Shown here: positions 9,646 through 19,147 of the stretch, piece after piece
How positions within the stretch are numbered: position 1 is the first letter of the stretch
Layout of the letters: every line of letters starts with the position of its first letter
DNA from: an uncultured Acidobacteriota bacterium
Lineage (GTDB): Bacteria; Acidobacteriota; Vicinamibacteria; Marinacidobacterales; SMYC01
DNA: 64,000 nt
Assembly (NCBI GenBank): GCA_963820855.1
Contig: CAWGBY010000012.1
Span: 67,963-131,962 of the forward strand
Direction of reading: 5' to 3'
Made by a program: the position numbers and the translations under genes
Notes under the pieces: generated by a model
What the model was told of the DNA's origin: nothing
Seen by the model: only the letters and a program-made list of their open reading frames with translations
The model's database searches: none

Positions 9646-10346
9646 AGGTGTTGCAGCGGGTCCTTCTCCTCGTCGGGTTTCGCCTTGACCCGGGATGCGA
9701 GCCATTCGCGCGCGAGATCTCGGCCGCCGAGCCCGAACGCGATGGCCGCGGCGATGACGATGCCCGAGAAGAGAATGGCGAAGCTCACCAGGAGCGCGGT
9801 GCGGCCGATCTGGAGCTGCTCGAGCGCCACCACCACGGTAAGGCTCATCAGCAGCACCCGAACGCTTCCCGCGATGAAACGGGCATCGGCCCACTGCGCG
9901 TTCACCGCCGCGAGGAGCGCGCTACGGGACACGAACTGGCTCAGCGCCGAGCCCAGGAGCAGGACCAGAGCCGCGGTGACGAGGTCGGGGATGTAGTTCA
10001 CGAATCGAGCCACCAGAGTGTCCGTGACCTCCGTGTCGGCGGCGGAGAGCGCGAACAGGATGATGAACACCCACACCGTTCCCTGCGCGACCCGCGCTCC
10101 GAACTCGCTCGGGGAGCGGAAGAGCGCGGTGCGCTGAATCGCCGCCGAGAGTGCGGTGCCGGCGATCAGGCGATCGAACTTGAGGAGAACGAGGAGGCCA
10201 TGAGTGATTCGCCGCGTCAGGTAGGCGAGGGCGGCTCCCACGAGGAGGATGAAGATCACCGTTACCAGGAACGGAATGATCTGTCCGATCTGCTGAATGA
10301 GCCAATGGAACGGCTCCACGATGGCTGATTCCAGGATTCCACGCAC
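9642..10346 (-). CDS. Small multi-pass membrane protein resembling the 'conserved TM helix' repeat modules of mechanosensitive-channel-family proteins
   Basis: Intact 234-aa ORF with about five hydrophobic helices and a charged C-terminal tail. It lies inside the compatible-solute operon. The family assignment comes from recalled similarity only. Confidence 0.45.
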   Translation of the reverse strand: MRGILESAIVEPFHWLIQQIGQIIPFLVTVIFILLVGAALAYLTRRITHGLLVLLKFDRLIAGTALSAAIQRTALFRSPSEFGARVAQGTVWVFIILFALSAADTEVTDTLVARFVNYIPDLVTAALVLLLGSALSQFVSRSALLAAVNAQWADARFIAGSVRVLLMSLTVVVALEQLQIGRTALLVSFAILFSGIVIAAAIAFGLGGRDLAREWLASRVKAKPDEEKDPLQHL

Positions 10347-10349
10347 GGC

Positions 10350-11621
10350 TCACCTCCTCACGCTCGCGGAGCGCCAACAGTCCAGGAGATACGGCTTCTG
10401 CGCCTCGAACTCCCGAGCCAGCGCCTCGATCTTCTCTTCCACCATCACCGCATCCGCCTCGCGCACGTCCAGCACGAACGATCCGGTTCGCCCGAGGTAC
10501 AGCGGGATAAGGGACGAAAGCAAATGTTCCCGGTCGAGCCGCCGGCCGTGGTACGCGCCGGCGAACTCGTATATCAGCCGGACCCAGAGCCCGTCCGCCA
10601 CCCGGAAGTCGTTTCCCGGCCGGAGCGCCGCCTCCTCGAGCCCTTCCATCGTGAGCGGCGACAGGAACGACCGGTAGATCCCGTCGAGGTCCCGCAGTCC
10701 CTGCTCGTACGCCCGCTTCATCCTCTCCACGTCGACGGCAATCGGCTCGAGCCCGACGTCGAAGGGGAGACCGAACATGGGAACGGCCTCGGAAGCGTCC
10801 ACCTTCTGCCATTCCGCGTCGTAGGTCTCCATCAGCGCGAAGAGCGAGCTCACCACCTGGCGGAACATCGCGGTCAGATCGGCGCCCGGGTCCTTCGCGT
10901 CGTGGAGCTTGGCGCCGAGATACGACTGTCCGACCCGGAAGCCCTCCGCCATCGCGGTGAGCGTCATCCAGATGTCGATCCCGTAACGGGCCACGTCCGT
11001 CTCCCACACGTCTTTCGCCAGGAACCGGGAAGCGACCCGTCCCGACATGCCGAAGTCTCCCCCGATGGGCTGGCGAATCCGCCGTCCGAAGAGCGCTCGG
11101 GTCATGGGATAGATGATGCTGTTGGTGATGGTGCCGTCGTATTTGTGCCGCAGGTAGAAGGGCGCGATGTAGTCGAAGCCGCGATCCAGGATCGGCGCGG
11201 CGAGGAGCTCCACCCAGTGGGGCGTGATGCTCCGAAGATCGGAGTCGACGACCAGGCAGGCCTTGGCTTTCAGCCGCTCGGTTACCGCGAAAATGGTGCG
11301 AAAGGCGCTCCCCTTGCCGGGAATCCCCAGATAGGGCGTGGTGATCCTCTGGATTACGGGCACGCGATGGGCGACGAGAAGGAGCGACTCCGGGTCGATA
11401 TCCGCGTCCATCACCGCCTCTCGCGTTCCGTCGATCGACCCGCCGTCGGAGTTCACGATGATCGACTTCCGCTCCGGGAAATACTTCGCGAGACCTCCGG
11501 CAATGGCCCGCACGACATGGGTGATGGTGCGCGCGTTGTTGAAGCTGGGGATGCCGGCGACGATATCCACCTCGCCCACCTCGTCGAGGCGCGCGCCCAG
11601 CTCTTCGTTGAGGAGGCTCAC
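10350..11621 (-). CDS. Glycosyltransferase, glucosylglycerate-synthase-like (single-step compatible-solute synthase type)
   Basis: This is the last 423 aa of the 1124-aa track ORF. It starts at GTG 11621 (GTGA overlap with the upstream stop). Sequence: MSLLNEELGARLDEVGEVDIVAGIPSFNNARTI..VVDSDLRSITPHWV..QPIGGDFGMSGR.., a GT-A-like DxD context. Function is inferred from family resemblance and operon context. Confidence 0.55.
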   Translation of the reverse strand: MSLLNEELGARLDEVGEVDIVAGIPSFNNARTITHVVRAIAGGLAKYFPERKSIIVNSDGGSIDGTREAVMDADIDPESLLLVAHRVPVIQRITTPYLGIPGKGSAFRTIFAVTERLKAKACLVVDSDLRSITPHWVELLAAPILDRGFDYIAPFYLRHKYDGTITNSIIYPMTRALFGRRIRQPIGGDFGMSGRVASRFLAKDVWETDVARYGIDIWMTLTAMAEGFRVGQSYLGAKLHDAKDPGADLTAMFRQVVSSLFALMETYDAEWQKVDASEAVPMFGLPFDVGLEPIAVDVERMKRAYEQGLRDLDGIYRSFLSPLTMEGLEEAALRPGNDFRVADGLWVRLIYEFAGAYHGRRLDREHLLSSLIPLYLGRTGSFVLDVREADAVMVEEKIEALAREFEAQKPYLLDCWRSASVRR

Positions 11622-12829
11622 TCGGCGTTGTCCGCCTCGACCGCCTCCTTGAGCTGATCCAGGAACGTGGGAAGCGCGGAGCTCACCCGGTTCCAATTGG
11701 GGAGAGGCGGCGCTCCGAGCGGATCCGAGAAAAATTCCTCCGCGGCGAGCTTGAGCGCCTCGGCGAACGTCTCGACCGCCGTTTCCTCCTCGTGGCGGTC
11801 GAAGCGCAGGCCGTTGATCATCGCGTCCGCTCCATAGCGCGCTATGGTGTCCTCGGCGGTGCGCACGTAGGTGATGCGCAGCGTGCGCATCGTCCCGCCG
11901 TCGAACTTCGCTCCCTCGGCGGCGAGAATGCGGAACATTGCCTTGGCGATATCGACCGCCATCTTCATCAGTCCCCCGCTCGGGTTTCCCGCCGACAGGT
12001 CCTGGTGCTTGTGCTCGTAGTTGTCGGAGATATCCACCTGACAAATCCTCTTCAGCGAGCAATTGCGATAGATCTCGGCCAGGACTCCGACTTCGAGCCC
12101 CCAGTCGGAAGGAATCCGATTCACTCTCGCCAGGTCCGCGTGCATCGCGAACTCGCCGGCGAGCACATAGCGAAAGCTGTCGATATAGCGAAGGAACCGG
12201 ATGCTCCCGACGAGCTCGATCAACGACCGGATGAGCGGTGTCAGAAGGAGACGGGTCACCCGCCCGTGCATGCGATCGCTCAAACGCGCGTAAAAGCCTT
12301 TGCAGAACTCGAAGGGAAGATTCGGGTTCATCACCGGGTAGCAAAGTCGGGCGAGCATATAGCGCTGGTAGTTGACGATGTCGCAGTCGTGGAGCGCCAT
12401 GACCCGGGCCCGACCGACGGCGAGCACGTACCCATAGGACATCCAGCAGGAGCGGCCTTTTCCGTCCGGACCGATGTAGAGGCCCTGGTCTTCGAGGCTC
12501 TGAAAGAGCTTGGCGACGCGCGGTCCGTCGATCCAGACGATGCTCGCGTCTCCGGGAAGCATGCCCAGCCGATCGCGGGCCTCGCGAAATTGCTCCCGGT
12601 TCGCGCGAGAAAGGGCGAGGATGAACTGATCGACGTAGCGCACCCGCTTCAGCTCCTGGAGGATCCCCTCCATCGCCGGGCTCACGAAGTCCTGATGGAG
12701 CGCCGGGAGCACGAGCGCGAGCGGCGCTTGCGCGGAGAACTGCTCCAGCTCGAGCTCGAGCGGCTCGGGATTCGCTTCGACCAACCGGTGAAGAGTCGCA
12801 ATCTGGCCGGTCTGGTAGAAATCCGACAC
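11618..12829 (-). CDS. Glucosyl-/mannosyl-3-phosphoglycerate synthase-like glycosyltransferase
   Basis: Intact 403-aa ORF: MSDFYQTGQIATLHRL..ALHDCDIVNY..GRVTRLLLTPL..SDWGLEVGVLAE..YEHKHQDL. It sits beside a HAD-IIB MPGP-type phosphatase. The sugar specificity cannot be determined from sequence. Confidence 0.6.
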   Translation of the reverse strand: MSDFYQTGQIATLHRLVEANPEPLELELEQFSAQAPLALVLPALHQDFVSPAMEGILQELKRVRYVDQFILALSRANREQFREARDRLGMLPGDASIVWIDGPRVAKLFQSLEDQGLYIGPDGKGRSCWMSYGYVLAVGRARVMALHDCDIVNYQRYMLARLCYPVMNPNLPFEFCKGFYARLSDRMHGRVTRLLLTPLIRSLIELVGSIRFLRYIDSFRYVLAGEFAMHADLARVNRIPSDWGLEVGVLAEIYRNCSLKRICQVDISDNYEHKHQDLSAGNPSGGLMKMAVDIAKAMFRILAAEGAKFDGGTMRTLRITYVRTAEDTIARYGADAMINGLRFDRHEEETAVETFAEALKLAAEEFFSDPLGAPPLPNWNRVSSALPTFLDQLKEAVEADNAE

Positions 12830-12892
12830 GTCGCACCTCCTCTGGGGCTGGATTGTGGACGGGAGCGGAAAGTCTCCCGGAGGATAACGCCC

Positions 12893-14428
12893 TCAGCGGA
12901 GCAGGGCAACCGTTTTGGGAAGGATCGCGAGGAGTCCCACCATGATCGCGAAGGCACCCAGGAGGAGCGCGGTCTCGGTACGCTCCCATCGCGCGTCGAA
13001 TCGAAAATCTCGTTTTCCGATCGTCAACGCCGCGGCCGAGGCGAGAAAGAAGCCCGCCGGGTTCCACCACAGCCAGGGGATTCCCGGCGCGAAAACGGCC
13101 AGGAGCGCATTGCCGGCGAGCCCCGCGGCAAATCCGATGAGCGCCGCGAATCCAGTCACTCCCGGCGCGAGCACTCCGAGAACGAAGACCGCGAGAACCG
13201 GCCCGTAGAATGCCGAGCCCACCATGTTGACGAGCTCCAGGATTCCGGACCCGCTCCTCGCGAAGGCCATCCCCGAGGCGACGGCGAAGAGTCCCCAGGC
13301 GAGAGAGGTGAGCCTCCCCGACCAGACCGATTGCCGTCTGCGGCTCCCGAACGAGCACGTCCTCGAGAGTGACCGCGGCGAGCGAGTTGAGCGCGGAGTC
13401 GATGGAAGACATCGCCGCCGCCAGAATCGCAGCGAGGAAGAGGCCGCGAAATCCGGTCGGAAGGAAATTCATGATGAAGACCGGCACGAGACTGTCCGTC
13501 GGCCTGCCCTCCATCGCGGCCGCGAACGACGAGTCCGCCGAAAGCAGCGCCGCCAGCAGGAGTCCCAGAACGCAGTAGGTGAGCACCAGGGGAAAGCGCA
13601 GGAGCCCGTTGAGGAGGAGCGCGCGCCGCGCATCCGAATCGGTCCGGGCCGTCAGCAGACGCTGCGCCTGGCTCTGATCACACCCGTAATAAGAGAGGTA
13701 GAGGAAGAGGCCGCCCACGAGCATCGGCCAGAGCGAAAATGCGTCCTCGAGGGGAGCGCCCGGAATCAGCGTCGCTGCCCGCTCCTCCGGGATCCCGCCC
13801 AGATCGAGTCCGAAGCGCCAGAGAAGAAGCCCGTTGTGATCAAGGTGCCGCCCCAGAGGAGGACGAGCTGGAGGACGTCGCTCCAGATGTCCGCCACGAT
13901 ACCGCCGAGGCTGGTGTAGGCCACGGAGAAGAGGCCCACCGCGAGAAGGGCCTGGTCCACCGAGCAGCCGAGGGCTTCCGCGACGACGAGTGCGGAGGCG
14001 TAGAGGATGACGCCGAGGGCGAGTCCGCGCGCGATGACGAAGCTTCCCGCGAGAGCACGCCTCATCGGGCGGCCGAACCGGCCTTCGGCGTACGCATAGA
14101 TCGAGACTCCCGGAACCGAGCGGAGCGCGGGCAAGAGGATCGACGCCAGGAGGAGCATGGCAAGGGGAACGGCGAGCTCGTACTGGAGCCAGCGCATTCC
14201 GCCCCCTTCGCGGAGCGCGACGAAGGCCGGCGCTCCCACCAGACTCACCGCGCTCGCCTGGTTCGCCATGATGGACATCGCGAGCGGAACGCTTCCCATC
14301 GAACGGCCCGCCAGGAAATAGTCGCTCCCGGTGCGCTGTCGCCAGGCGATGACGACCGACATACCGATGACCGCAAAGAGATAGATCGCTACGATCGCAA
14401 GGTCCAGAGGAGAGAGCCGCTCGACCAT
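12893..14428 (-). CDS. Sodium:solute symporter (SSS) family transporter; frame-broken twice
   Basis: Three pieces join: 14428->~13815 (MVERLSPLDLAIVAIYLFAVIGMSVVIAWRQRTGSDYFLAGRSM..), ~13815->~13350 (..FGLDLGGIPEE..MLVGGLFLYLSYYGCDQSQAQRLL..AAMSSIDSALNS..) and ~13350->12893 (..GRLTSLAWGLFAVASGMAFARSGSGILELVNMVGSAFYGPVL..). Confidence 0.75.
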
Positions 14429-14438
14429 CGCGTCCGCT

Positions 14439-14879
14439 TCAGCCGTCCGCGTAGCCCTCGCGCCACGACCGCTCGCGGTCGTGGTTCCGGAGATCCACGC
14501 CGAAGGCGAGATAGCTTTTCAACGGGAAGAGCACGTTGAGCCAGCCGGCGTGCGTTTCGATCCACTCGCCGGGCGAAACGCCCTCATGGAGGAGGCTCAG
14601 ATCCGTTCCGCCGCGTCCGTCCGGTGCGAGGGTGAAGCTCGCCGGTCCTCCGAAGTAATCGAGCGAAAAATGTCGAAAAGGCTCACGCCGCAGAATCCGA
14701 CTCGTTTCCCGGACCCCATTCGAAAACTCGAAATGGATCGCTCCGTCTCGCTCGACGGCTCGCTCCGCCCAGAACGAGGCCCGGCCTTCGTCGCTCGCGA
14801 GAGCGCGATAGACGGTCTCGGGAGGCACCGGGAGGTGAATCTTCCAGCGGATGGGTCCGCCTTTCTCCTCTCCCGGCAT
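14439..14879 (-). CDS. SRPBCC-superfamily protein (Aha1/START-like)
   Basis: Intact 146-aa ORF: ..IHLPVPPETVYRALASDEGRASFWAE..FEFSNG....GWLNVLFPLKSYLAFG.. matches the pattern of the Aha1-like SRPBCC fold. Confidence 0.6.
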   Translation of the reverse strand: MPGEEKGGPIRWKIHLPVPPETVYRALASDEGRASFWAERAVERDGAIHFEFSNGVRETSRILRREPFRHFSLDYFGGPASFTLAPDGRGGTDLSLLHEGVSPGEWIETHAGWLNVLFPLKSYLAFGVDLRNHDRERSWREGYADG

Positions 14880-14886
14880 CGGTCGC

Positions 14887-15624
14887 TCAGATTCTCTCGA
14901 CCTGCCCCCGAGGGAGCCAGCCGGTGAGTCCGTTCGCGAGAGTCACCTGAAGGAACCCTTCGCGCTCGCCCTGGATCCTCACTTTCAGGCCTTCGTGAAT
15001 CTCGGCGAGCCTCGGGCTCGACTCGAGCGGACCGCTCCTCACGTAGGCGTTCTCGGTGACGACGATTCCATCGACCCGGCCCCGCTCGGCCCGGACTTTC
15101 ACGAGGAGGCTCGCTCCCGCGACGAGGGCGACGGCGCTCGATGCGACGAGGACGCCGAAGGCCGGCGTGCGCAAAGCGGGCCACCGGTCGAGGAGCAGGA
15201 GGCTGACCGCGATCCCTCCGACGAAGAACGCGAGTCCCAGAGTCCATGCGAGAGCGGAGGGATCGCTCCTCCGGTACGAGTCGACGATCCAGCCGATCGC
15301 GAGCGGGAGCGGAGGCTCCGCGAGCCCGCCCGAGACCAGGGTGTTGGCGAAGGCGAGATTGGCCCGCACGTCATCGTCTCCCGGGAGAAGCTTCAAGGCC
15401 CGTTCGTAGCTCACGATGGCGAGCCCCAGCCTTCCGGACTTGAAGTAGGCGTTTCCCAGGTTGTAGTAGAGGACGCCGTCCTCGACACCGCTCTCTCGAA
15501 TCGACTCGTAGATCTCGATGGCTTCCGCGTACCAGTCTTCCTGGTACAACCGCTCCGCCTGGCCGAAGGCGTCGATCGGCGTCGTGAACGCGGTTTGGAG
15601 TAGAAGCAGGAACGCCGGGCTCAC
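14887..15624 (-). CDS. batE: BatE-like protein: TPR repeats + TM segments + C-terminal bacterial SH3 domain
   Basis: This is the last 245 aa of the 846-aa track ORF. It starts at GTG 15624 (GTGA overlap with the batD stop). TPR: ..YYNLGNAYFKSGRLGLAIVSYERALKLLPGD... SH3b-like end: ..AYVRSGPLESSPRLAEIHEGLKVRIQGEREGFLQVTLANGLTGWLPRGQVERI. Confidence 0.7.
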   Translation of the reverse strand: MSPAFLLLLQTAFTTPIDAFGQAERLYQEDWYAEAIEIYESIRESGVEDGVLYYNLGNAYFKSGRLGLAIVSYERALKLLPGDDDVRANLAFANTLVSGGLAEPPLPLAIGWIVDSYRRSDPSALAWTLGLAFFVGGIAVSLLLLDRWPALRTPAFGVLVASSAVALVAGASLLVKVRAERGRVDGIVVTENAYVRSGPLESSPRLAEIHEGLKVRIQGEREGFLQVTLANGLTGWLPRGQVERI

Positions 15625-17441
15625 TTGGACCACTCCCTTTCGAGCTCGACGATGAGCTTCTCGGCTCGAGCGCGCAAGGCCTCCATCTCCTCGCGGCTCC
15701 TCGCTCCCGGAGTGAAGCGGGCTTCTTCGCAGGCGCCGAGCACGACTTCGAACTCTTTGCGCCGGTCGTCGGAAACGGAGCGCTCCGAGAGGAGCGACGC
15801 GATACTCGACGACGTGAGTCCCGAGGGACTCGAGTCGGACTTGTCGCCCACGTAGCGATAGAGAGCCGCCGCGATCTCGTCGTAGAAATCTTTCGAGCCT
15901 TCGGAGGCGAGCTTCGCGGCCTTCTTCAATCGCCCTCGGGCCATCCGCTGGGCCCGACGGCTGCGGAAGAGGTGCGAGTGGGTTTTTTCCTTTTCCTGCT
16001 GCTTCAGATAAGCGAGGAGCGCGACGTTCCAGAAGACGGGCAGCGCCAGGGCTGCGTAAAACCACGGGCTCTCGTGGAACTCGCGGCTCGTGGCGCCTAG
16101 CCGCTGCGGCGCGGGTTTGAGGAACCGAATGTCCTCGCGGAGCACGGTCAGCTCGCCCCGCGGCGCCGCGCTTCCGCCGAGCCCGCCTGCCGCCGAGACG
16201 GACTCGCCCGTCACCTTCATCGAAAGCGGCCCGACGGACGCGGTGACGTATTTCTTTTCCGCGGGATCGAAATACTGGAAGCGCCAGGGACCGATCTCCT
16301 TCACGCCCGGGGACTCGGGCACCAGCACGTACTCCCAGCGCTTCTCGCCTTCGAGACCGGAGGCTCCCGCGCGGGCTTTTTCCTCGGTGTTGGGATCGAA
16401 CGCGCGGAAGCCTTTGAGCTCGGACAGCTCGGGCGGACCCACCGAGCGGAGATTCCCCTTTCCGGTGATGGCGAGAGTCAAGGTGACCGGATCGCCGGCC
16501 GCTACTTCCTCCCGGCTCACTTTCGCCTGGAGCTCGAACCGGCCGACCGCCCCTTTGAAGTCGGGCGATCGTCCCGCCGTGGGAAGCGGCGCCACGTCGA
16601 TCGGTATCGGCTGCGACCGCAGCGTGATCGGGCTCGAGGCCCTCGCGAAGAACGCATCGAAAGGATCTCCCGACGTGAGTCGGAACGCCATCGAGAAAGT
16701 GACCGGAGGGATCTCGAGCTTCCCGCTCTGCGTCGGAAACAATACCCGTTGCATGAGCGGGAAGGTGGCGTACTGCTTTCCGTCGACGGTTCTGCGCTCG
16801 GTCGCGGGCTCCCCGCCGAGATCGACCTTCTCCACCCAGAAACCGGTGAGCGGCGGATCGTCCGCGATTTCGGGGCCGAGCGGGGCGAACCGGGTGTAGA
16901 GGCGATAGGTCACGACCACCTCCTCGCCCTGGACGACCGAGCGGCTCGAGACTTCGGTTCGTACGAAGACGTCGTCTTCCTTGAGCTCGAGCTCGCGCCT
17001 TCCTCTTCCCCCGAAGCTCTCGAAGGGATCGAACGGGCTCCCGAGGCCACGGGGCCGACGCGATACGAGGGAGCCAGGGACGACTTCGACGTGAATCGGG
17101 CTCGTGGCATGGGCGGTCCCGTCGACCCGAACGCTGGCCGGACCGATTTCGAACCTCCCTTCCTTCTGGGGAAGGAGCTGATAGATGTAAGAGCGCGTCG
17201 ACGACATGCGTCCGTTGACGATCTGGATCTGGCTCGAGGTGGATCGAGACGCGACCCGGAAGAAGTCGAGAGTCGGAAGCTCGGGCTCTCCGTCGGCGTC
17301 CCCTCCCGAGATCGAAATCGTGAGCTCGAGGACGTCTTCGACCCCGATGCGCTCCGCGTTGACCGAAGCGTCGACGCGCACGTCCTGAGCATTGACGGCC
17401 GGCGCGGCGAACGAAAGCGCAGCCCAAACCAGACTCTTCAC
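15621..17441 (-). CDS. batD: BatD family protein (oxygen-tolerance-operon protein)
   Basis: Intact 606-aa ORF with a signal peptide, repeated Ig-like beta regions, a TM helix (WFYAALALPVFWNVALLAYL) and a helical cytoplasmic tail. It occupies the expected position in a Bat-type operon. Confidence 0.75.
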   Translation of the reverse strand: MKSLVWAALSFAAPAVNAQDVRVDASVNAERIGVEDVLELTISISGGDADGEPELPTLDFFRVASRSTSSQIQIVNGRMSSTRSYIYQLLPQKEGRFEIGPASVRVDGTAHATSPIHVEVVPGSLVSRRPRGLGSPFDPFESFGGRGRRELELKEDDVFVRTEVSSRSVVQGEEVVVTYRLYTRFAPLGPEIADDPPLTGFWVEKVDLGGEPATERRTVDGKQYATFPLMQRVLFPTQSGKLEIPPVTFSMAFRLTSGDPFDAFFARASSPITLRSQPIPIDVAPLPTAGRSPDFKGAVGRFELQAKVSREEVAAGDPVTLTLAITGKGNLRSVGPPELSELKGFRAFDPNTEEKARAGASGLEGEKRWEYVLVPESPGVKEIGPWRFQYFDPAEKKYVTASVGPLSMKVTGESVSAAGGLGGSAAPRGELTVLREDIRFLKPAPQRLGATSREFHESPWFYAALALPVFWNVALLAYLKQQEKEKTHSHLFRSRRAQRMARGRLKKAAKLASEGSKDFYDEIAAALYRYVGDKSDSSPSGLTSSSIASLLSERSVSDDRRKEFEVVLGACEEARFTPGARSREEMEALRARAEKLIVELEREWSK

Positions 17442-18140
17442 CAGATCTTGCCCTTCCCTCGGGCGCGGGCCTTTTGCTTCTTCTGCTGCTCCATCTGCTG
17501 TGCCTCTTCGATCTGGGCGAGCGCCTCGAGGATTTGCTCCGCTTCCTCCGGGCTCATCTCGGCCTGCTGCGAGCTCGCGCCCGCCTCGTCCGCCGTCGAT
17601 TCGTCCGGCTTTGGCTTCGGGGTGGGATCCTTCTCCGGATCCTGGCTCTTCTGTGTCTGGTCCTCACCGCCCTCCTTGTTCTCTTCTTCCCCGCCTCCGC
17701 CTTCTTCGGGCTCTTCCTTCTTCTCTTCCTCCTCCTTCAGCTTCTGGAGAGCGAGCTCCAGGTTCTGGCGCGCGTCGACGTCGGAAGGATCCAGGCGAAG
17801 AGCATCGCTGAAGGACTTCACCGCTTCCTTCCATTTTTCGGCGGCATAGTGGACGTTGCCGGAGTTGAAGTGAGCCCGGCGCGCCGCCTCCGACTTTCCT
17901 CCGATCGAAGCGGCGTACTCCTCGAGGGCCTTTTCGGAATCCCCCTTCCGGTACTGGACGTTCCCGATGTTGTAATGGAGCTCCGGGGCCTCCGGATGAT
18001 CGCACTTGCGCCTTGGTGTAGCTCGAAAGGGCCTCCTCGAGCTTCCCTTCCCGGTAGAGGTCGTTGCCTTCGCGGGTCGTCCGCTCTCTTGCCGGACCGA
18101 GAATCTGTCCCAGGAAGAGGGCGATCGCCAGGATCCTCAT
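17438..18140 (-). CDS. batC: BatC-like TPR protein with an acidic/lysine-rich C-terminal tail; frame-broken once
   Basis: MRILAIALFLGQILGP..GNDLYREGKLEEALSSYTKAQ | DHPEAPELHYNIGNVQYRKGDSEKALEEY..NSGNVHYAAEKWKEAVKSFSDALRLDP..KEEEEKKEEPEEGGGGEEE... The break is at ~18003. ATGA overlap with the batB stop. Confidence 0.7.
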
Positions 18141-19147
18141 GCTTTCCTCGCTCTCTTCTCCCTCGGAACCAGAGCCTCCGCCAGGAGGAACGAAAGAGCA
18201 AGCCCGAGCGGCCAGTAATAGCGCTCCTGAAATCTCCGGAAGAGCTGCGACTCCAGCTCCTCGCCTTCCATGCCGGAGACCAGAGTCGCGATCTCCTCGA
18301 TCTCCTGGTCTCGTTCCGAGATCCGGAAGTATTTCCCTCCCGTCTCGAGCGCGATCCTCGAGAGAGTCTCTTCACCGAGCCGGCTCAGGACGGGCTGGCC
18401 CGACTCGTCGCGAATGTAGTCGGTGACCTCGCCGTTCTCGTTCCGCACCGGAATGGGCTCGCCTCCCGGAGTGCCGACGCCGATCGTGTGGATCACGATC
18501 CCCTCTTCGCGCGCTTTTTGCGCGACGGAAACGGAGCTTCCCTCGGTCTCCTCGCCGTCCGTCAGAAGGACCACGACCTTGAATTTGGAGTCGCGGGCCA
18601 CGAAGCCGCGGCTCGCGGCTTCGAGCGCCTGGAGGATATCGGTCCCCGGCTCGGGCACCACGCCCGTCCCCACGGTGTCGAGGAAAATCTTCGCCGCCCC
18701 GTAGTCCATGGTCAACGGACACTGAACGAAAGCGCTCCCGGCGAAAACGATGAGTCCGAGCCGGTTTCCCCGAAGCCGGTCGATGAGCGCGGAGGCGATA
18801 TAGCGAGCGCGCTCCATGCGCGAGGGCGGCACGTCCGTCGCGTCCATGCTGAACGAGGTGTCGAGGACCAGAAACACGTCGACCCCTCTCGCGGAAACCT
18901 CGTCCGTTCCCTGTCCCCACTGCGGCCTCGCGATGGCGAGCACGAGGAAGAACACTCCCGCCAGGAGAAGTGCTGCTTTCCATCGATCGCGGCTCCGGCT
19001 GACGCCGAGAGAGAGCTTCCCGATGAGTCCCGGCTCGCCGAGCCTCTCCGCGGCCCGGACTCTTCGGCGCCCCGACCACAGGAGAAAACCGAGGAGCCCG
19101 GGAAGAAGGAGGAGCCAGTAGAACGCGTCCGGCGCCGCGAACTGCAT
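18137..19147 (-). CDS. batB: VWA domain membrane protein (BatB-like)
   Basis: Intact 336-aa ORF with N-terminal TM helices and a MIDAS-type vWA domain (VFLVLDTSFSM .. LLTDGEET). Confidence 0.8.
   Translation of the reverse strand: MQFAAPDAFYWLLLLPGLLGFLLWSGRRRVRAAERLGEPGLIGKLSLGVSRSRDRWKAALLLAGVFFLVLAIARPQWGQGTDEVSARGVDVFLVLDTSFSMDATDVPPSRMERARYIASALIDRLRGNRLGLIVFAGSAFVQCPLTMDYGAAKIFLDTVGTGVVPEPGTDILQALEAASRGFVARDSKFKVVVLLTDGEETEGSSVSVAQKAREEGIVIHTIGVGTPGGEPIPVRNENGEVTDYIRDESGQPVLSRLGEETLSRIALETGGKYFRISERDQEIEEIATLVSGMEGEELESQLFRRFQERYYWPLGLALSFLLAEALVPREKRARKA

Noticed and set aside
10350-13724. 1124-aa ORF that looks like one giant protein
   Set aside because: It is a chimera. The first ~125 aa are the middle piece of the frame-broken SSS transporter. 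The next ~570 aa are an Arg/Gly/Pro/Ala-rich out-of-frame read-through of the SSS 3' end and the 403-aa glycosyltransferase gene. Only the last 423 aa (from GTG 11621) form a real glycosyltransferase.
14887-17427. 846-aa ORF spanning batD
   Set aside because: The N-terminal ~600 aa are an out-of-frame overlap of the well-supported batD gene, with Arg/Pro/Gly-rich nonsense composition. Only the last 245 aa (BatE-like, from GTG 15624) are credible.
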